A stretch of 63,693 bases of DNA. Source: an uncultured Erysipelotrichaceae bacterium. Its GTDB lineage: Bacteria; Bacillota_I; Bacilli_A; RFN20; CAG-826. The stretch lies in assembly GCA_900317295.1 (NCBI GenBank), contig ONGB01000001.1:1-63693 (forward strand). Reading direction: 5' to 3'. Every line of letters begins with the position of its first letter. Positions within the stretch are counted from its first letter, which is position 1. The notes under the pieces are model-generated. The model was not told the origin of the DNA. It worked only from the letters and a program-made list of their open reading frames with translations, and ran no database searches. Position numbers and translations under genes: made by a program. Below are positions 41,282-50,626 of this stretch, piece by piece.

Positions 41282-41998
41282 ATGATCAAATTAGTCTTGC
41301 TCCGCCATGGCCAATCCGAATGGAATCTGAAGAACCTCTTCACCGGCTGGACGGATGTCGACCTCTCCGAAACCGGCGTCAACGAAGCCAAAGCCGCCGG
41401 TAAGCTTCTCAAAGAGAAGGGCTACCATTTCGACGTCGCCTTCTCCTCCGTCCTCAAAAGGGCGAACCGCACGATGGATCTCTGCCTTGGCGAACTTGGC
41501 GAGAGCAATCTCCCGAAGCATTATTCCTGGCGTCTTAATGAGCGTCACTATGGCGCCCTCCAGGGCCTGAACAAAGCCGAATCCGCCGCGAAATGGGGCG
41601 ATGAGCAAGTCCATATCTGGCGCCGCAGCGCCGATGTTCCGCCGCTATCCCTCACCAAGGATGATGAAAGGTGGCCCGGCAACCAGGAGACCTATAAGAA
41701 ATTGATCGCCGCTGGTGAAATGACCATCGAAGACTGCCCGCTCACCGAGTGCCTCATCGACACCGCCGCCCGCGTCAAACCTTATTTCGATAAAGAGATC
41801 GCCCCGGCCATCCACGAAGGCAAGAAGGTCCTCATCGCCGCCCACGGCAACTCCCTCCGCGCCATTGTCATGATGCTTGAGCACCTCACCCCCGAGCAGA
41901 TCATCTCCGTCGAGATCCCGACCGGCAAGCCGTTGGTCTATGAGCTCGATGAGAAGACGCTCAAAGTCCTCGACAAATACTACGCCGAGCAGCGCTAA
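41282..41998 (+). CDS. gpmA: 2,3-bisphosphoglycerate-dependent phosphoglycerate mutase
   Basis: [27 protein letters not shown] and RSADVPP...AAHGNSLRA. Confidence 0.93.
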   Translation: MIKLVLLRHGQSEWNLKNLFTGWTDVDLSETGVNEAKAAGKLLKEKGYHFDVAFSSVLKRANRTMDLCLGELGESNLPKHYSWRLNERHYGALQGLNKAESAAKWGDEQVHIWRRSADVPPLSLTKDDERWPGNQETYKKLIAAGEMTIEDCPLTECLIDTAARVKPYFDKEIAPAIHEGKKVLIAAHGNSLRAIVMMLEHLTPEQIISVEIPTGKPLVYELDEKTLKVLDKYYAEQR

Positions 41999-42006
41999 GC
42001 CTTTTG

Positions 42007-42034
42007 AAAGCCACCCTCATCGGTGGCTTTTCTT
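42007..42034 (+). terminator. rho-independent terminator after gpmA
   Basis: aaagccacc-ctcatc-ggtggcttt followed by TCTT. Confidence 0.75.
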
Positions 42035-42056
42035 ATGCCCTTAGAAGGAGAATGAC

Positions 42057-42398
42057 ATGACGTATCGCGAATTCACTTATGGCCTCGGAGACATGGTTTT
42101 GTCCTACCAGGTTCTGGAAGATAATCTTGCCTCTTATTTGAAAAAGAAAGGGGACATACATGCGCTTTTGAAGGAATCCCTTTCCCTTTTGCCAAAGGAT
42201 TTGGGCGAAGAAATCGCATATCTCCTCTCCCGCGAGGACTATTACTTCCACGAGATTGGCCTATCCTTCATCGACGCGGATAATCTTGAAGAGGATCCCG
42301 CGTTTGAAAAGGCGTGCGCCGAGCTCACCGCGGACCATAAAAGGATCTACGCGGCCAATTCGGAATTGCTTAAGCGCATCCTAGAAAAGAAAAACTAA
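42057..42398 (+). CDS. hypothetical cytoplasmic protein
   Basis: 113-aa ORF with no recognisable motif. The stop overlaps the convergent CDF gene stop. Confidence 0.5.
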   Translation: MTYREFTYGLGDMVLSYQVLEDNLASYLKKKGDIHALLKESLSLLPKDLGEEIAYLLSREDYYFHEIGLSFIDADNLEEDPAFEKACAELTADHKRIYAANSELLKRILEKKN

Positions 42399-43564
42399 TC
42401 GTTAAGCGGTTCTTCAAAGGCGATGGTCAGTGTAAACGGGACCATCGCTTTTTCGCAGGCGAAGCGGATCTCATCTTCTTTGCCCACCATTTCGAAAGGC
42501 AAAACGATTTCGCATTCCGCTTGGTCATTTTCGAAACGAAGATCATGGACGGTAAGGCGAGGATCGATGGAAGCTAAGCATGCGTCCAGACGCTGCCTTG
42601 CCATCTCTTCTTTATTGGAAAGCGGGGACACGGGATCCGCGTGAATGGTCACTTCCGCGTGCGAAATTGTGGTGATTTCGCGTTCCAATTCATCGATTTG
42701 GTGATGTGCTTCCTCTAAAGAAGTCCCCCCGTCGATCTCCGCGTGGAGGGAGATGAAGCGCTTCGTCGGGCCATAGGAATGGATGCGGATATCATGTACC
42801 CCGAGGATGAAGCCATGTCTTAAGGCGATGCGTTCGATTTCCTGGATTTCTTCTTTGGAGACGGGTTGCCCGATAAGAGGGTTGGAGGACTCTTTGATCG
42901 CCAAGACGCCGGAATAGATGACAAAGCAGGAAACGGCGATGCCGAAATAGCCATCCAAATTATGGATCTGCCCGAAGACGCTTAAGGCACCGGAGACCAA
43001 AACGGCGGTGGTGGCGATCGTGTCGGTGAAGGAGTCGATCGCGGTTGCTTTCAAAGTCGGCGAATGGATGATTTTGGCAATGCTTAGATTCAAGAAACCC
43101 TGAAGAAGCTTTAATAGGATGCAGACGCCCAAGATGATCAACACGATCCAATGGGAGGGGGTTTCCGCCCCATTGATGAGGCTTTGGATGGAATTGAAGA
43201 TGATCTCCGCTCCGCTGATGACGATGACGGTCCCGACGATCACGCCGGCGACGAATTCGACGCGTTCGTGGCCAAACGGATGTTCTTTGTCCGCAGGTTT
43301 CTTCGCTTGCTGGAAACCCACGAGGGTCACGATCGTCGTGCCCAAATCGCCGATGCTATCGATCGCGTCCGCCAAAAGGGCCATGGAGAAAAGCCAGGCG
43401 TTTTGGCTAGCCAAAAAGACGGCGCATCCCACTTTCAAAAGGACAAGCAAGGTATTGATGATCAATCCCAAAACTGCAGCGAGGATCCCATGTCCTACGC
43501 GGACTTCCTCGTTATCGACCTTTTCGTAGTCGCGGATAAATCTCTTTCTTAATAAAGTAAGCAC
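42395..43564 (-). CDS. cation diffusion facilitator (CDF) family metal efflux transporter
   Basis: Six TM segments with DAIDSIGD and DSFTD metal-site motifs, plus a C-terminal cytoplasmic domain. GTG start with an in-frame stop immediately upstream. Confidence 0.8.
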   Translation of the reverse strand: MLTLLRKRFIRDYEKVDNEEVRVGHGILAAVLGLIINTLLVLLKVGCAVFLASQNAWLFSMALLADAIDSIGDLGTTIVTLVGFQQAKKPADKEHPFGHERVEFVAGVIVGTVIVISGAEIIFNSIQSLINGAETPSHWIVLIILGVCILLKLLQGFLNLSIAKIIHSPTLKATAIDSFTDTIATTAVLVSGALSVFGQIHNLDGYFGIAVSCFVIYSGVLAIKESSNPLIGQPVSKEEIQEIERIALRHGFILGVHDIRIHSYGPTKRFISLHAEIDGGTSLEEAHHQIDELEREITTISHAEVTIHADPVSPLSNKEEMARQRLDACLASIDPRLTVHDLRFENDQAECEIVLPFEMVGKEDEIRFACEKAMVPFTLTIAFEEPLND

Positions 43565-43654
43565 CTATCAAGGATAGACCCCGACAGGCGGGGTTAATCA
43601 ACAATAAACTTTTTAAAGTCTCCTCTCATTAACTAGTAAACGAAACTAGGTGTA

Positions 43655-43682
43655 TTGACAACCGATACTAGGAGATTAGAAT
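43655..43682 (+). promoter_or_regulatory. sigma70-type promoter TTGACA-16-TAGAAT for the hemolysin-III-family gene
   Basis: Hexamers read directly. ACTAG(G) motifs flank the -35. Confidence 0.55.
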
Positions 43683-43703
43683 AGTGGCGAAAGGAGAAGC
43701 CTT

Positions 43704-44378
43704 ATGAGAGTTGCCGACATCACCCTTCCGCCCTATACGAAAAAGATGGAAATCTGGAACACGCTTAGCCATGGTTTAGGCGTCGTTTTCGGCCTGATTG
43801 CGGGGCCTTTTGCCATCACGAAAGCCGCGGCGACTCATGACGCCCTCTCCGTTTTGTCCATCGCGATCTATGTCGTCACGATGATCGTCTTATACGCGGG
43901 GAGCGCCATCTATCATGGCCTCGCTCCATCTAATGCCAAGCGCGTTATGCGGGTGATCGATCACGATAACGTATTCCTTTTGCTCATGGGATCCTATCTC
44001 CCATATTGCTTAATCTCGCTTCGCCATACCTCGGATGGCTTCCCATGGGGCTATGTCATCGGCGGCATCGTCTGGGGGCTTTGCCTATTAGGCATCGTGT
44101 TGAATTCCATCAATATCAAGCGTTTCGCCATCGCCAATTTCATCATCCAGGTTTTGATGGGTTCGGCGATCGTTTCCGCCTTCTATCCGCTTAGCCAAAC
44201 GATCGGCTGGGCGGGGGTCATCACCTTGCTCATTTCCGGGATGTTTTATTGGGTCGGCGCCGCCTTATACGGCATCGGCGGCAAAAAAGAGCCGTGGATT
44301 CATACGGTTTTCCACTTCTTCATCCTCTGCGGCACCATCATGATGTTCGTCTCCATTTACGCTTTCGTCCTGCAGTAG
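43704..44378 (+). CDS. hemolysin III / PAQR family membrane protein
   Basis: Seven TM segments. NTLSHGLG, SAIYHG, DHDNVFLL and a C-terminal HxFxxxG-like FHFFILCG. Confidence 0.8.
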   Translation: MRVADITLPPYTKKMEIWNTLSHGLGVVFGLIAGPFAITKAAATHDALSVLSIAIYVVTMIVLYAGSAIYHGLAPSNAKRVMRVIDHDNVFLLLMGSYLPYCLISLRHTSDGFPWGYVIGGIVWGLCLLGIVLNSINIKRFAIANFIIQVLMGSAIVSAFYPLSQTIGWAGVITLLISGMFYWVGAALYGIGGKKEPWIHTVFHFFILCGTIMMFVSIYAFVLQ

Positions 44379-44417
44379 TCGCTTGATTATTCTTGGTATA
44401 CCAAGGATGATAAGGCG

Positions 44418-45947
44418 ATGAAGGTTTTCCCCGGAAAGAAATTGCTTTGGCTTCCCGTGATGGGTGCCTGTCTTTCCCTTTCGACCTCCTGCATCGTCGA
44501 AGGTGTGGAATATAGCAAGCAGAACATCATCTATAACGAAGGCTATTATCAGCTGAAGACCGTCAATAACGACATCTCCTGGAAAACCATCTTCCATGAC
44601 CATTCCGGAATGGACGCCACGCCCTCCGTTGGGCGCGTCCCCGTTTTGGTATTGCCGATCGAATTCAGTGATTTCCCGTTCGAGGAGAAAACCCTGAATG
44701 ACATCGACGCTTTGATCCAAGGGGAATCCGAAGACACCAAATATTGGGAGTCTTTAGGCTCTTTCTATGAAAAATCCTCTTACGGGAAGCTCCTATTGGA
44801 TTTCGAGATCGCCCCGAAGACCACTTTGTCCCTCAATTCCTCCGATTTCTATATCCAACATCAGTTGGCCGGGGATTGGGGCGCCGCGGCGATGAAAGAA
44901 GCGGTGGATGCTTATAAAGCCCAATTCGGGGAAGAATCCACGAAACGCTTCGACCAAGACAAAGATGGCTTCATTGATTCCGTCATCATGATCTATTCCG
45001 CCCCGGATTGCTCTTCGTCCTCGGAAGTGGCCCATGACCGCACCTGCTGGTGGGCTTATTGCTACTATGACACCGCTGCCAAAGGCCTCGCGAATAGCCC
45101 CGTCGGCTTCCACTATTTCTGGGCTTCCTATGATTTCTTTTATGCCGCCGTGGAAGACCAAGAAGGGGTCGATGCCCATACCTTAATCCACGAAATGGGA
45201 CATATGTTGGGGTCGGATGACTACTATAACGCCACGGGAAGCCCCGGCGATTTGGAGCCTTCCGGCCAGTCCGTGATGATGGCTTATAACACTTTGGACC
45301 ACGAATCCTTCACCAAGCTTTCCTATGGCTGGGTCAGCCCCTATTGCGTCACGGGGGATTGCGAAATCACGATCCGCCCCTTTGAATCGACGGGCGACTG
45401 CATCCTGCTCGCCGACGATTGGAATGGCACCGCTTGGGACGAATACGTCATGTTGGAGCTATATACCCCGACCGGGCTAAACGAATTAGACGCCACCCAG
45501 GCCTATCCGGGCAGATACATCGGGCCGCAGAAAACGGGTATCCGCATGTGGCATGTCGATAACCGTTTGGCGAAGATGCGCTATTCCCCAGTGACCGAAA
45601 AGCTCACCTTCTCCGCGTTCATCGAACCGAAAGAGCTCAAATTTAACGTCTATAGCCGCGGAACGACGGTCGCCTCCGCCTTCCGCAACGGCACCGATGA
45701 CAACGCTCCTGGGGATTATGACCTCATCAGCCTCGTTTCCCCGCGCAACATGACCTTCCGTTTAGGCGGAAAAGCCTATAGCGAACTCGATTTGTGGCAG
45801 ACGGGCGACCGTTTCCACGCGAAGAGCTTCCAATGGCAATTCCGTAACGGCGGGCATCTAGATAACGGCAACCCGTTGCCCTTCTCGGTCGATTTCGTCT
45901 CCGTGGGCGATGAAGAAGCGACGATCCGCTTCACCAAGATGGGCTAA
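44418..45947 (+). CDS. exported zinc metalloprotease, M6 (immune inhibitor A)-like
   Basis: Signal with ...LSLSTSC. VPVLVLPIEFSD...SYGKL N-terminal pattern. HEXXH motif in TLIHEMGHMLGSDDYY. Confidence 0.6.
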   Translation: MKVFPGKKLLWLPVMGACLSLSTSCIVEGVEYSKQNIIYNEGYYQLKTVNNDISWKTIFHDHSGMDATPSVGRVPVLVLPIEFSDFPFEEKTLNDIDALIQGESEDTKYWESLGSFYEKSSYGKLLLDFEIAPKTTLSLNSSDFYIQHQLAGDWGAAAMKEAVDAYKAQFGEESTKRFDQDKDGFIDSVIMIYSAPDCSSSSEVAHDRTCWWAYCYYDTAAKGLANSPVGFHYFWASYDFFYAAVEDQEGVDAHTLIHEMGHMLGSDDYYNATGSPGDLEPSGQSVMMAYNTLDHESFTKLSYGWVSPYCVTGDCEITIRPFESTGDCILLADDWNGTAWDEYVMLELYTPTGLNELDATQAYPGRYIGPQKTGIRMWHVDNRLAKMRYSPVTEKLTFSAFIEPKELKFNVYSRGTTVASAFRNGTDDNAPGDYDLISLVSPRNMTFRLGGKAYSELDLWQTGDRFHAKSFQWQFRNGGHLDNGNPLPFSVDFVSVGDEEATIRFTKMG

Positions 45948-46000
45948 TCTACCCCCTCTACCCTTTCTTCTATATAATAGAGCACGCCCTCGGGGTACCT

Positions 46001-46480
46001 ATGTCTAAGAAAAGCGATTCCTCCGTCCTGCTAGAGAACCGGAAAGCCCGGTTCCTCTATTTTCTTAGCGACTTCATGGTCGCGGGGATCGTTTTGACCG
46101 GCACCGAGATCAAATCCCTCCGGGCGAGGAACGCCTCTTTAAGCGACTCCTATGTCTACGTGAAGGAAGGCGAAGTCTACGTCGCCAATATGCATATCGC
46201 CCCCTATAAAGATGGGACGATGTTCAACGTCGACCATCTTCGCGATCGGAAATTATTGCTCACCAAGCGGGAGATCCGTCACCTAGAGAACGACCTGAAG
46301 GGCAGCGGGATGACCTGCGTTCCCACCAAAGTGTTTTTAAGCCATGGCTTCGCGAAGATGGAAATCGCCCTTGCCAAAGGCAAAGCCGCCCACGATAAGC
46401 GGGACGCCATCAAAGAAAGAGAAGGGAAGCGCGAAGTCGGCAAAGCAATGCGCGAAGGCGTGAAAGCCTCAGGGGAATGA
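46001..46480 (+). CDS. smpB: SsrA-binding protein
   Basis: ENRKARFLYFL...GIVLTGTEIKSLR...YVANMHIAPY...RKLLL. Confidence 0.93.
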   Translation: MSKKSDSSVLLENRKARFLYFLSDFMVAGIVLTGTEIKSLRARNASLSDSYVYVKEGEVYVANMHIAPYKDGTMFNVDHLRDRKLLLTKREIRHLENDLKGSGMTCVPTKVFLSHGFAKMEIALAKGKAAHDKRDAIKEREGKREVGKAMREGVKASGE

Positions 46481-47694
46481 TGATGGATATCCAAGAAATC
46501 GAAACCTATTTGAAGGAACGCTCCTTCGAAGTCAGCTCCGGCAACTTCTTCGCTTTCGCGTCCAAGACGAAGCTGCGCCTGCATACCCCGCTGATCCACG
46601 TATCCGGGAGCAACGGCAAAAGCCTGACCGCGCATTACATCGCTTCTGTCTTCGGGGCGAAATACCGCGTGGGCTTGCTTTTGAATTCCTATTTGCTTAG
46701 CTTCCGGGAAGCCATCTCCATCAACGGGGAATCCATTCCCGAAGAAGACGCGATCCATTATTTCGAAGAACATCAGAAAGCCTATGAGAAATACGAATTG
46801 ACCGCCTTCGAGATTCTCGTTGATATCGCCTATCGCTATTTCAACGACCAATCCCTGAATCTATGCGTCGTCGAATGCGGCATGGGGGGCAGGGAAGACG
46901 CGACGAACATCGATGACCTCCCCACCATCTTATCCGTCATCACCAATGTCTCTTTGGAACATACCGAATACCTCGGGACCACCCGTTCGGAGATCGCCCT
47001 CCATTGCGGAGGCATCATCGCCAAGGGGATGCCGGTGCTAATCGGAGACATCGAAGAAGGCTGCCGCGACGCGCTTAAGGAGCTGGCCGCGAAAAAGAAC
47101 ACGATGCTCACGAGGATGGACCCGATTTACCTCCCGCACCTCGTGGATAGAAGCGTCTTCCATTTCGATTATCCGCCTTATAAAGACCTCGCGATCCAAA
47201 GCTTCGCCTCCTATAACGTCACCAATGCCGCGATGGCGGTCGAATGCGCGAAAATCCTGCAAAAGTCGCTTCCTTTATCCGAAAACGAGCTAAAACAAGG
47301 CTTATTCTGCGCGCCTTTGAAAGGCAGATTGGAAGCCAAGGGGAACGTGGTCTTGGATTCCGCCTGCAACCCCGACGCCATCTTGACGCTGCGCCGCTGC
47401 TTCCAAACCGCCGGGCGCGGAAAGCCGGTCCATGTGCTATTCGCCAGCAAGCAAGAAAGCAACATCTCCGTCATGCTGCCTTACCTGGCCGATGCATGCG
47501 CCGACATCACTTTGACTTCCTTTGAACATCCTTCCGCCAGGACGGAGATGGACTATGCTTTGTTCACCGAGGACCATCGTTATATCGAGAATCCGTTATT
47601 CGCTTTGATGACCCTGCAGATGGAACACCCGGATGAAGTGGTGCTCGCCACCGGATGCCGCGAATTCATCGCTTTCCTAGAAGAACGGTTATGA
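46477..47694 (+). CDS. folC: folylpolyglutamate synthase / dihydrofolate synthase-like Mur-ligase family protein
   Basis: HVSGSNGKS P-loop variant, ECGMGGREDATN, and a C-terminal Mur ligase domain. Confidence 0.7.
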   Translation: MMMDIQEIETYLKERSFEVSSGNFFAFASKTKLRLHTPLIHVSGSNGKSLTAHYIASVFGAKYRVGLLLNSYLLSFREAISINGESIPEEDAIHYFEEHQKAYEKYELTAFEILVDIAYRYFNDQSLNLCVVECGMGGREDATNIDDLPTILSVITNVSLEHTEYLGTTRSEIALHCGGIIAKGMPVLIGDIEEGCRDALKELAAKKNTMLTRMDPIYLPHLVDRSVFHFDYPPYKDLAIQSFASYNVTNAAMAVECAKILQKSLPLSENELKQGLFCAPLKGRLEAKGNVVLDSACNPDAILTLRRCFQTAGRGKPVHVLFASKQESNISVMLPYLADACADITLTSFEHPSARTEMDYALFTEDHRYIENPLFALMTLQMEHPDEVVLATGCREFIAFLEERL

Positions 47695-47885
47695 AGAAAG
47701 ACAAGTACCCCGAACCCGAGATCGACGAATCGGTTTTGACGGAAGAGCAGAAAGCCGGGCTCCATCCCCCCTTCCCGTGGAAATGGGCGATTTTCGTCGG
47801 GGTCATCCTGACCTTGATCGTCGTCGCCTTTATCGTGATTTACGCCCTCGGCGGTCCTACGGACCCCTCCGCGGCATCTTCTTGA
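47691..47885 (+). CDS. small single-TM protein
   Basis: The ATG overlaps the folC stop (ATGA). TM segment WAIFVGVILTLIVVAFIVIYAL. Confidence 0.45.
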   Translation: MKKDKYPEPEIDESVLTEEQKAGLHPPFPWKWAIFVGVILTLIVVAFIVIYALGGPTDPSAASS

Positions 47886-48008
47886 AAAATAAATTTTTAT
47901 CCGACGTTTCCTAGCCTATTTGGGATAAGTTTTACAGTGTCCAAGAAAAGGCCATTGCGCGCCTGCGGTTCTCCCGTAGAATAGACCCAGTTTTTCGGAG
48001 GTGTCCCC

Positions 48009-48140
48009 ATGGAAGACGAAAGGTTAATGACCGTTCAAGATTACGACGATTATCTCTCCCTCGCCCTCTCCAGCGCGGAGGACCCCTCGGTGGCGAAAGC
48101 CCTCGAGGAAGCTTCCGAGGAAACTTCTTACTCCCTCTGA
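48009..48140 (+). CDS. 43-aa highly acidic small ORF (not in ORF track)
   Basis: GGAGG 7 nt upstream of the ATG. Peptide MEDERLMTVQDYDDYLSLALSSAEDPSVAKALEEASEETSYSL. A weak hairpin plus T-run follows. Confidence 0.3.
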   Translation: MEDERLMTVQDYDDYLSLALSSAEDPSVAKALEEASEETSYSL

Positions 48141-48233
48141 CCGGGGAGTTTTTCTTATCCGTGCACTTTTTCGGGCGAAGTTCCCGCCTTCATGCTATCA
48201 TTCCTCACGCCTGCATGATGAGCAGGGGAGGAA

Positions 48234-48728
48234 ATGCGTATGGACAACGCCAAAGCACGCAAAGACAATCTGAGCTGGGACGAGTATTTCATGGGGATCG
48301 CCATGCTTTCGGCGAAGCGATCCAAAGACCCTTCCACCCAAGTGGGGGCCTGCATCGTCGATCCCAACCACAAAGTCGTCTCCATCGGCTATAACGGGAT
48401 GCCGCGGGGCGTCGATGACCAAACCATCCCCTGGGGCCATGGCGAAGGCCTGGATTCCAAATACCTCTACGTCTGCCACGCCGAATTCAACGCCGTCCTC
48501 AATACCCGTGATGGCAGCGCCCTTCAGGGCTGCAGCCTCTACGTCACGCTTTTCCCCTGCAACGAATGCGCGAAGGCCATCATCCAAGTCGGCATCAAGG
48601 AAATCATCTACGCCGACGACAAATACCACGATCATATTGAGGAAGTCGCCTCGCGCCGCATCCTCGACATGGCGGGGGTGAAATACCGCAAATACGAGGG
48701 GCGTGACATCGAAATCGCCGTCAAATAA
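48234..48728 (+). CDS. comEB: dCMP deaminase (ComEB-type)
   Basis: WDEYFMGIAMLSAKRS, CHAEFNA and PCNECAKAI zinc-binding motifs. Confidence 0.9.
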   Translation: MRMDNAKARKDNLSWDEYFMGIAMLSAKRSKDPSTQVGACIVDPNHKVVSIGYNGMPRGVDDQTIPWGHGEGLDSKYLYVCHAEFNAVLNTRDGSALQGCSLYVTLFPCNECAKAIIQVGIKEIIYADDKYHDHIEEVASRRILDMAGVKYRKYEGRDIEIAVK

Positions 48729-48958
48729 TGACCCGTTCGCCGTTTTATCGCATCTTGGTTTTATTGCTTTGCTATGCGATTTTAGGCGTATCCATCCTCG
48801 TTCCTTTGGCGATGAATAAGAACCCCAACATCGTTTTGATTATCATCATCGCCTCCGTCTTGGTCGCCGCCTTCGTGGCCACCGCGATCATCGTCGAGAT
48901 CCAATGGGCGAGGAAATACAAGCAAGAAGAAAAGGAGCAAAAAGATGCGGGAGAATGA
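48728..48958 (+). CDS. small 2-TM membrane protein
   Basis: 76-aa ORF coupled to comEB (TAATG) and overlapping the ecfA1 start. Confidence 0.45.
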   Translation: MTRSPFYRILVLLLCYAILGVSILVPLAMNKNPNIVLIIIIASVLVAAFVATAIIVEIQWARKYKQEEKEQKDAGE

Positions 48959-49775
48959 CCCCGTCCTTTCCGTCGAGGGCCTTTCTTACGCCTATGAAGA
49001 AGGCCGTCCCGTCCTTCAGGACGTCTCCTTTTCCGTGCCTAAGGGCGCCTATGTCTCCGTCATCGGGCATAACGGCTCGGGAAAATCCACCTTGGCCAAA
49101 TGCATCATGGGTTTGCTCGGCGGATTCGAAGGGAAGATTTCCCTTTTCGGGGAGGAATTGACTCGGAAGAGCCTTTATCGCCTCCGTTCCCGCGTTGGCA
49201 TCGTATTCCAAAACCCCGACAACCAATTCGTCGGCTCCACCGTCGCGGATGACATCGCCTTTGGCTTAGAGAATAAATGCGTCCCCCATGAGGAGATGCA
49301 GGGCATCATCGACCGTTTCGCGGAAGAGGCGGGGATGAAGGATTTCCTTTCCCATGAACCCCAGATGCTTTCCGGGGGGCAAAAGCAAAGGGTCGCGATC
49401 GCCGGGGTCTTGGCGATGGAACCCGAACTGATCCTATTCGACGAAGCCACCGCGATGCTTGACCCTCGCGGGAAAAAAGAAATCCGCGAGCTCATCGCCA
49501 GGATGCGGGAGAAGAACCCCGACCTCACCCTCATCTCCATCACCCATGATATCGAAGAAGCCGCCGCGAGCGACCAGGTTTTGGTCATCAATCAGGGCCG
49601 CCTCATCTTGCAAGGCCCGCCTTCTTTGGTGTTCTTGGAAGAGGAAAAACTACGCGAAATCTCGCTCGGAATTCCTTTTTTCTACCAAATGAAATCCGCG
49701 CTCATCAAAGAAGGCATCGCCATCCCCGATGACATTTCGACCCTAGAAGGATTGGAGGACTACCTATGCCGGTAA
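48945..49775 (+). CDS. ecfA1: ECF transporter ATPase subunit A1
   Basis: GHNGSGKST, LSGGQKQRVAIAG and ILFDEATAMLD. First of the ecfA-ecfA'-ecfT triad. Confidence 0.9.
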   Translation: MRENDPVLSVEGLSYAYEEGRPVLQDVSFSVPKGAYVSVIGHNGSGKSTLAKCIMGLLGGFEGKISLFGEELTRKSLYRLRSRVGIVFQNPDNQFVGSTVADDIAFGLENKCVPHEEMQGIIDRFAEEAGMKDFLSHEPQMLSGGQKQRVAIAGVLAMEPELILFDEATAMLDPRGKKEIRELIARMREKNPDLTLISITHDIEEAAASDQVLVINQGRLILQGPPSLVFLEEEKLREISLGIPFFYQMKSALIKEGIAIPDDISTLEGLEDYLCR

Positions 49776-50626
49776 GCTTCCAAGATGTCACTTATATCTA
49801 CCACCGGAAATCCCCTTTGGAATTCGAGGCGCTTCATAAGATCTGCCTAGATATCGAGGAGGGTTCTTTCACCGCTCTCATCGGCAGGACCGGATGCGGG
49901 AAGAGCACCCTCGTCCAACATCTTAACGCTTTGCTTAACCCCACCTCCGGCTCGGTGGTCATCGACGAGTTCGTCAATGACGCGTCCAAGAAGAAACGGA
50001 CCAAGCGCCTCAAACCCCTCCGCGAACGCGTTGGGCTCGTCTTCCAGTTTCCCGAATACCAGCTATTCGAGGATACGGTGGAGAAAGACGTCGCTTTCGG
50101 GCCGAAGAACTTCGGCAAGAAACCCGAAGAGGCGTTGGAGGCCGCGCATAAAGCCCTCGAAGCCGTCGGGCTAGATGAATCCTTCTACCAACGCTCCCCC
50201 TTCGAATTATCGGGTGGGGAAAAGCGCCGCGTCGCGATCGCCGGGGTGCTCGCCTATGCGCCGAAATACCTGATCGTCGATGAACCGACCGCCGGGTTAG
50301 ACCCCGAAGGCGCCCTAGAAATGATGGGGTTATTCCAAAAAATCCATGAGCAGGGCACCACGGTATTGCTCGTCACCCACGACATGAACCTCGTCCTCTC
50401 CTATTGCGATAAGGCGATCGTCATGGCGGATGGACGAATCGAGAAAATCATCGCCCCGAAGGAATTGTTCCAAGAAGACATCGAGTCCTATTCTTTGGAA
50501 ACGCCTTTGCTATACCGCTTCGCCCGCGATTTGAACGCGAAGGGCATGCATTTGGATTTCTCTTCGATTAAAGATGTGGGATCGTTAGCCAAGCAAATCA
50601 AAGCCCAAAGGGGGAAGAAGGAATGA
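49766..50626 (+). CDS. ecfA2: ECF transporter ATPase subunit A2
   Basis: GRTGCGKST, LSGGEKRRVAIAG and LIVDEPTAGLD. Confidence 0.9.
   Translation: MPVSFQDVTYIYHRKSPLEFEALHKICLDIEEGSFTALIGRTGCGKSTLVQHLNALLNPTSGSVVIDEFVNDASKKKRTKRLKPLRERVGLVFQFPEYQLFEDTVEKDVAFGPKNFGKKPEEALEAAHKALEAVGLDESFYQRSPFELSGGEKRRVAIAGVLAYAPKYLIVDEPTAGLDPEGALEMMGLFQKIHEQGTTVLLVTHDMNLVLSYCDKAIVMADGRIEKIIAPKELFQEDIESYSLETPLLYRFARDLNAKGMHLDFSSIKDVGSLAKQIKAQRGKKE

Noticed and set aside
43565-43703. czcD (NiCo) riboswitch upstream of the CDF gene.
   Set aside because: Only one short hairpin can be drawn, and the region also has to house two promoters. I cannot recognise the four-way-junction consensus by eye. It is left as a check rather than a call.
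45948-48233. Search for ssrA (tmRNA) next to smpB, as found in many Bacillota.
   Set aside because: smpB is followed by an overlapping folC-like gene. Neither flanking non-coding stretch shows a tRNA-like acceptor/T-arm (GGTTCGA-type) or a tag-ORF pattern.
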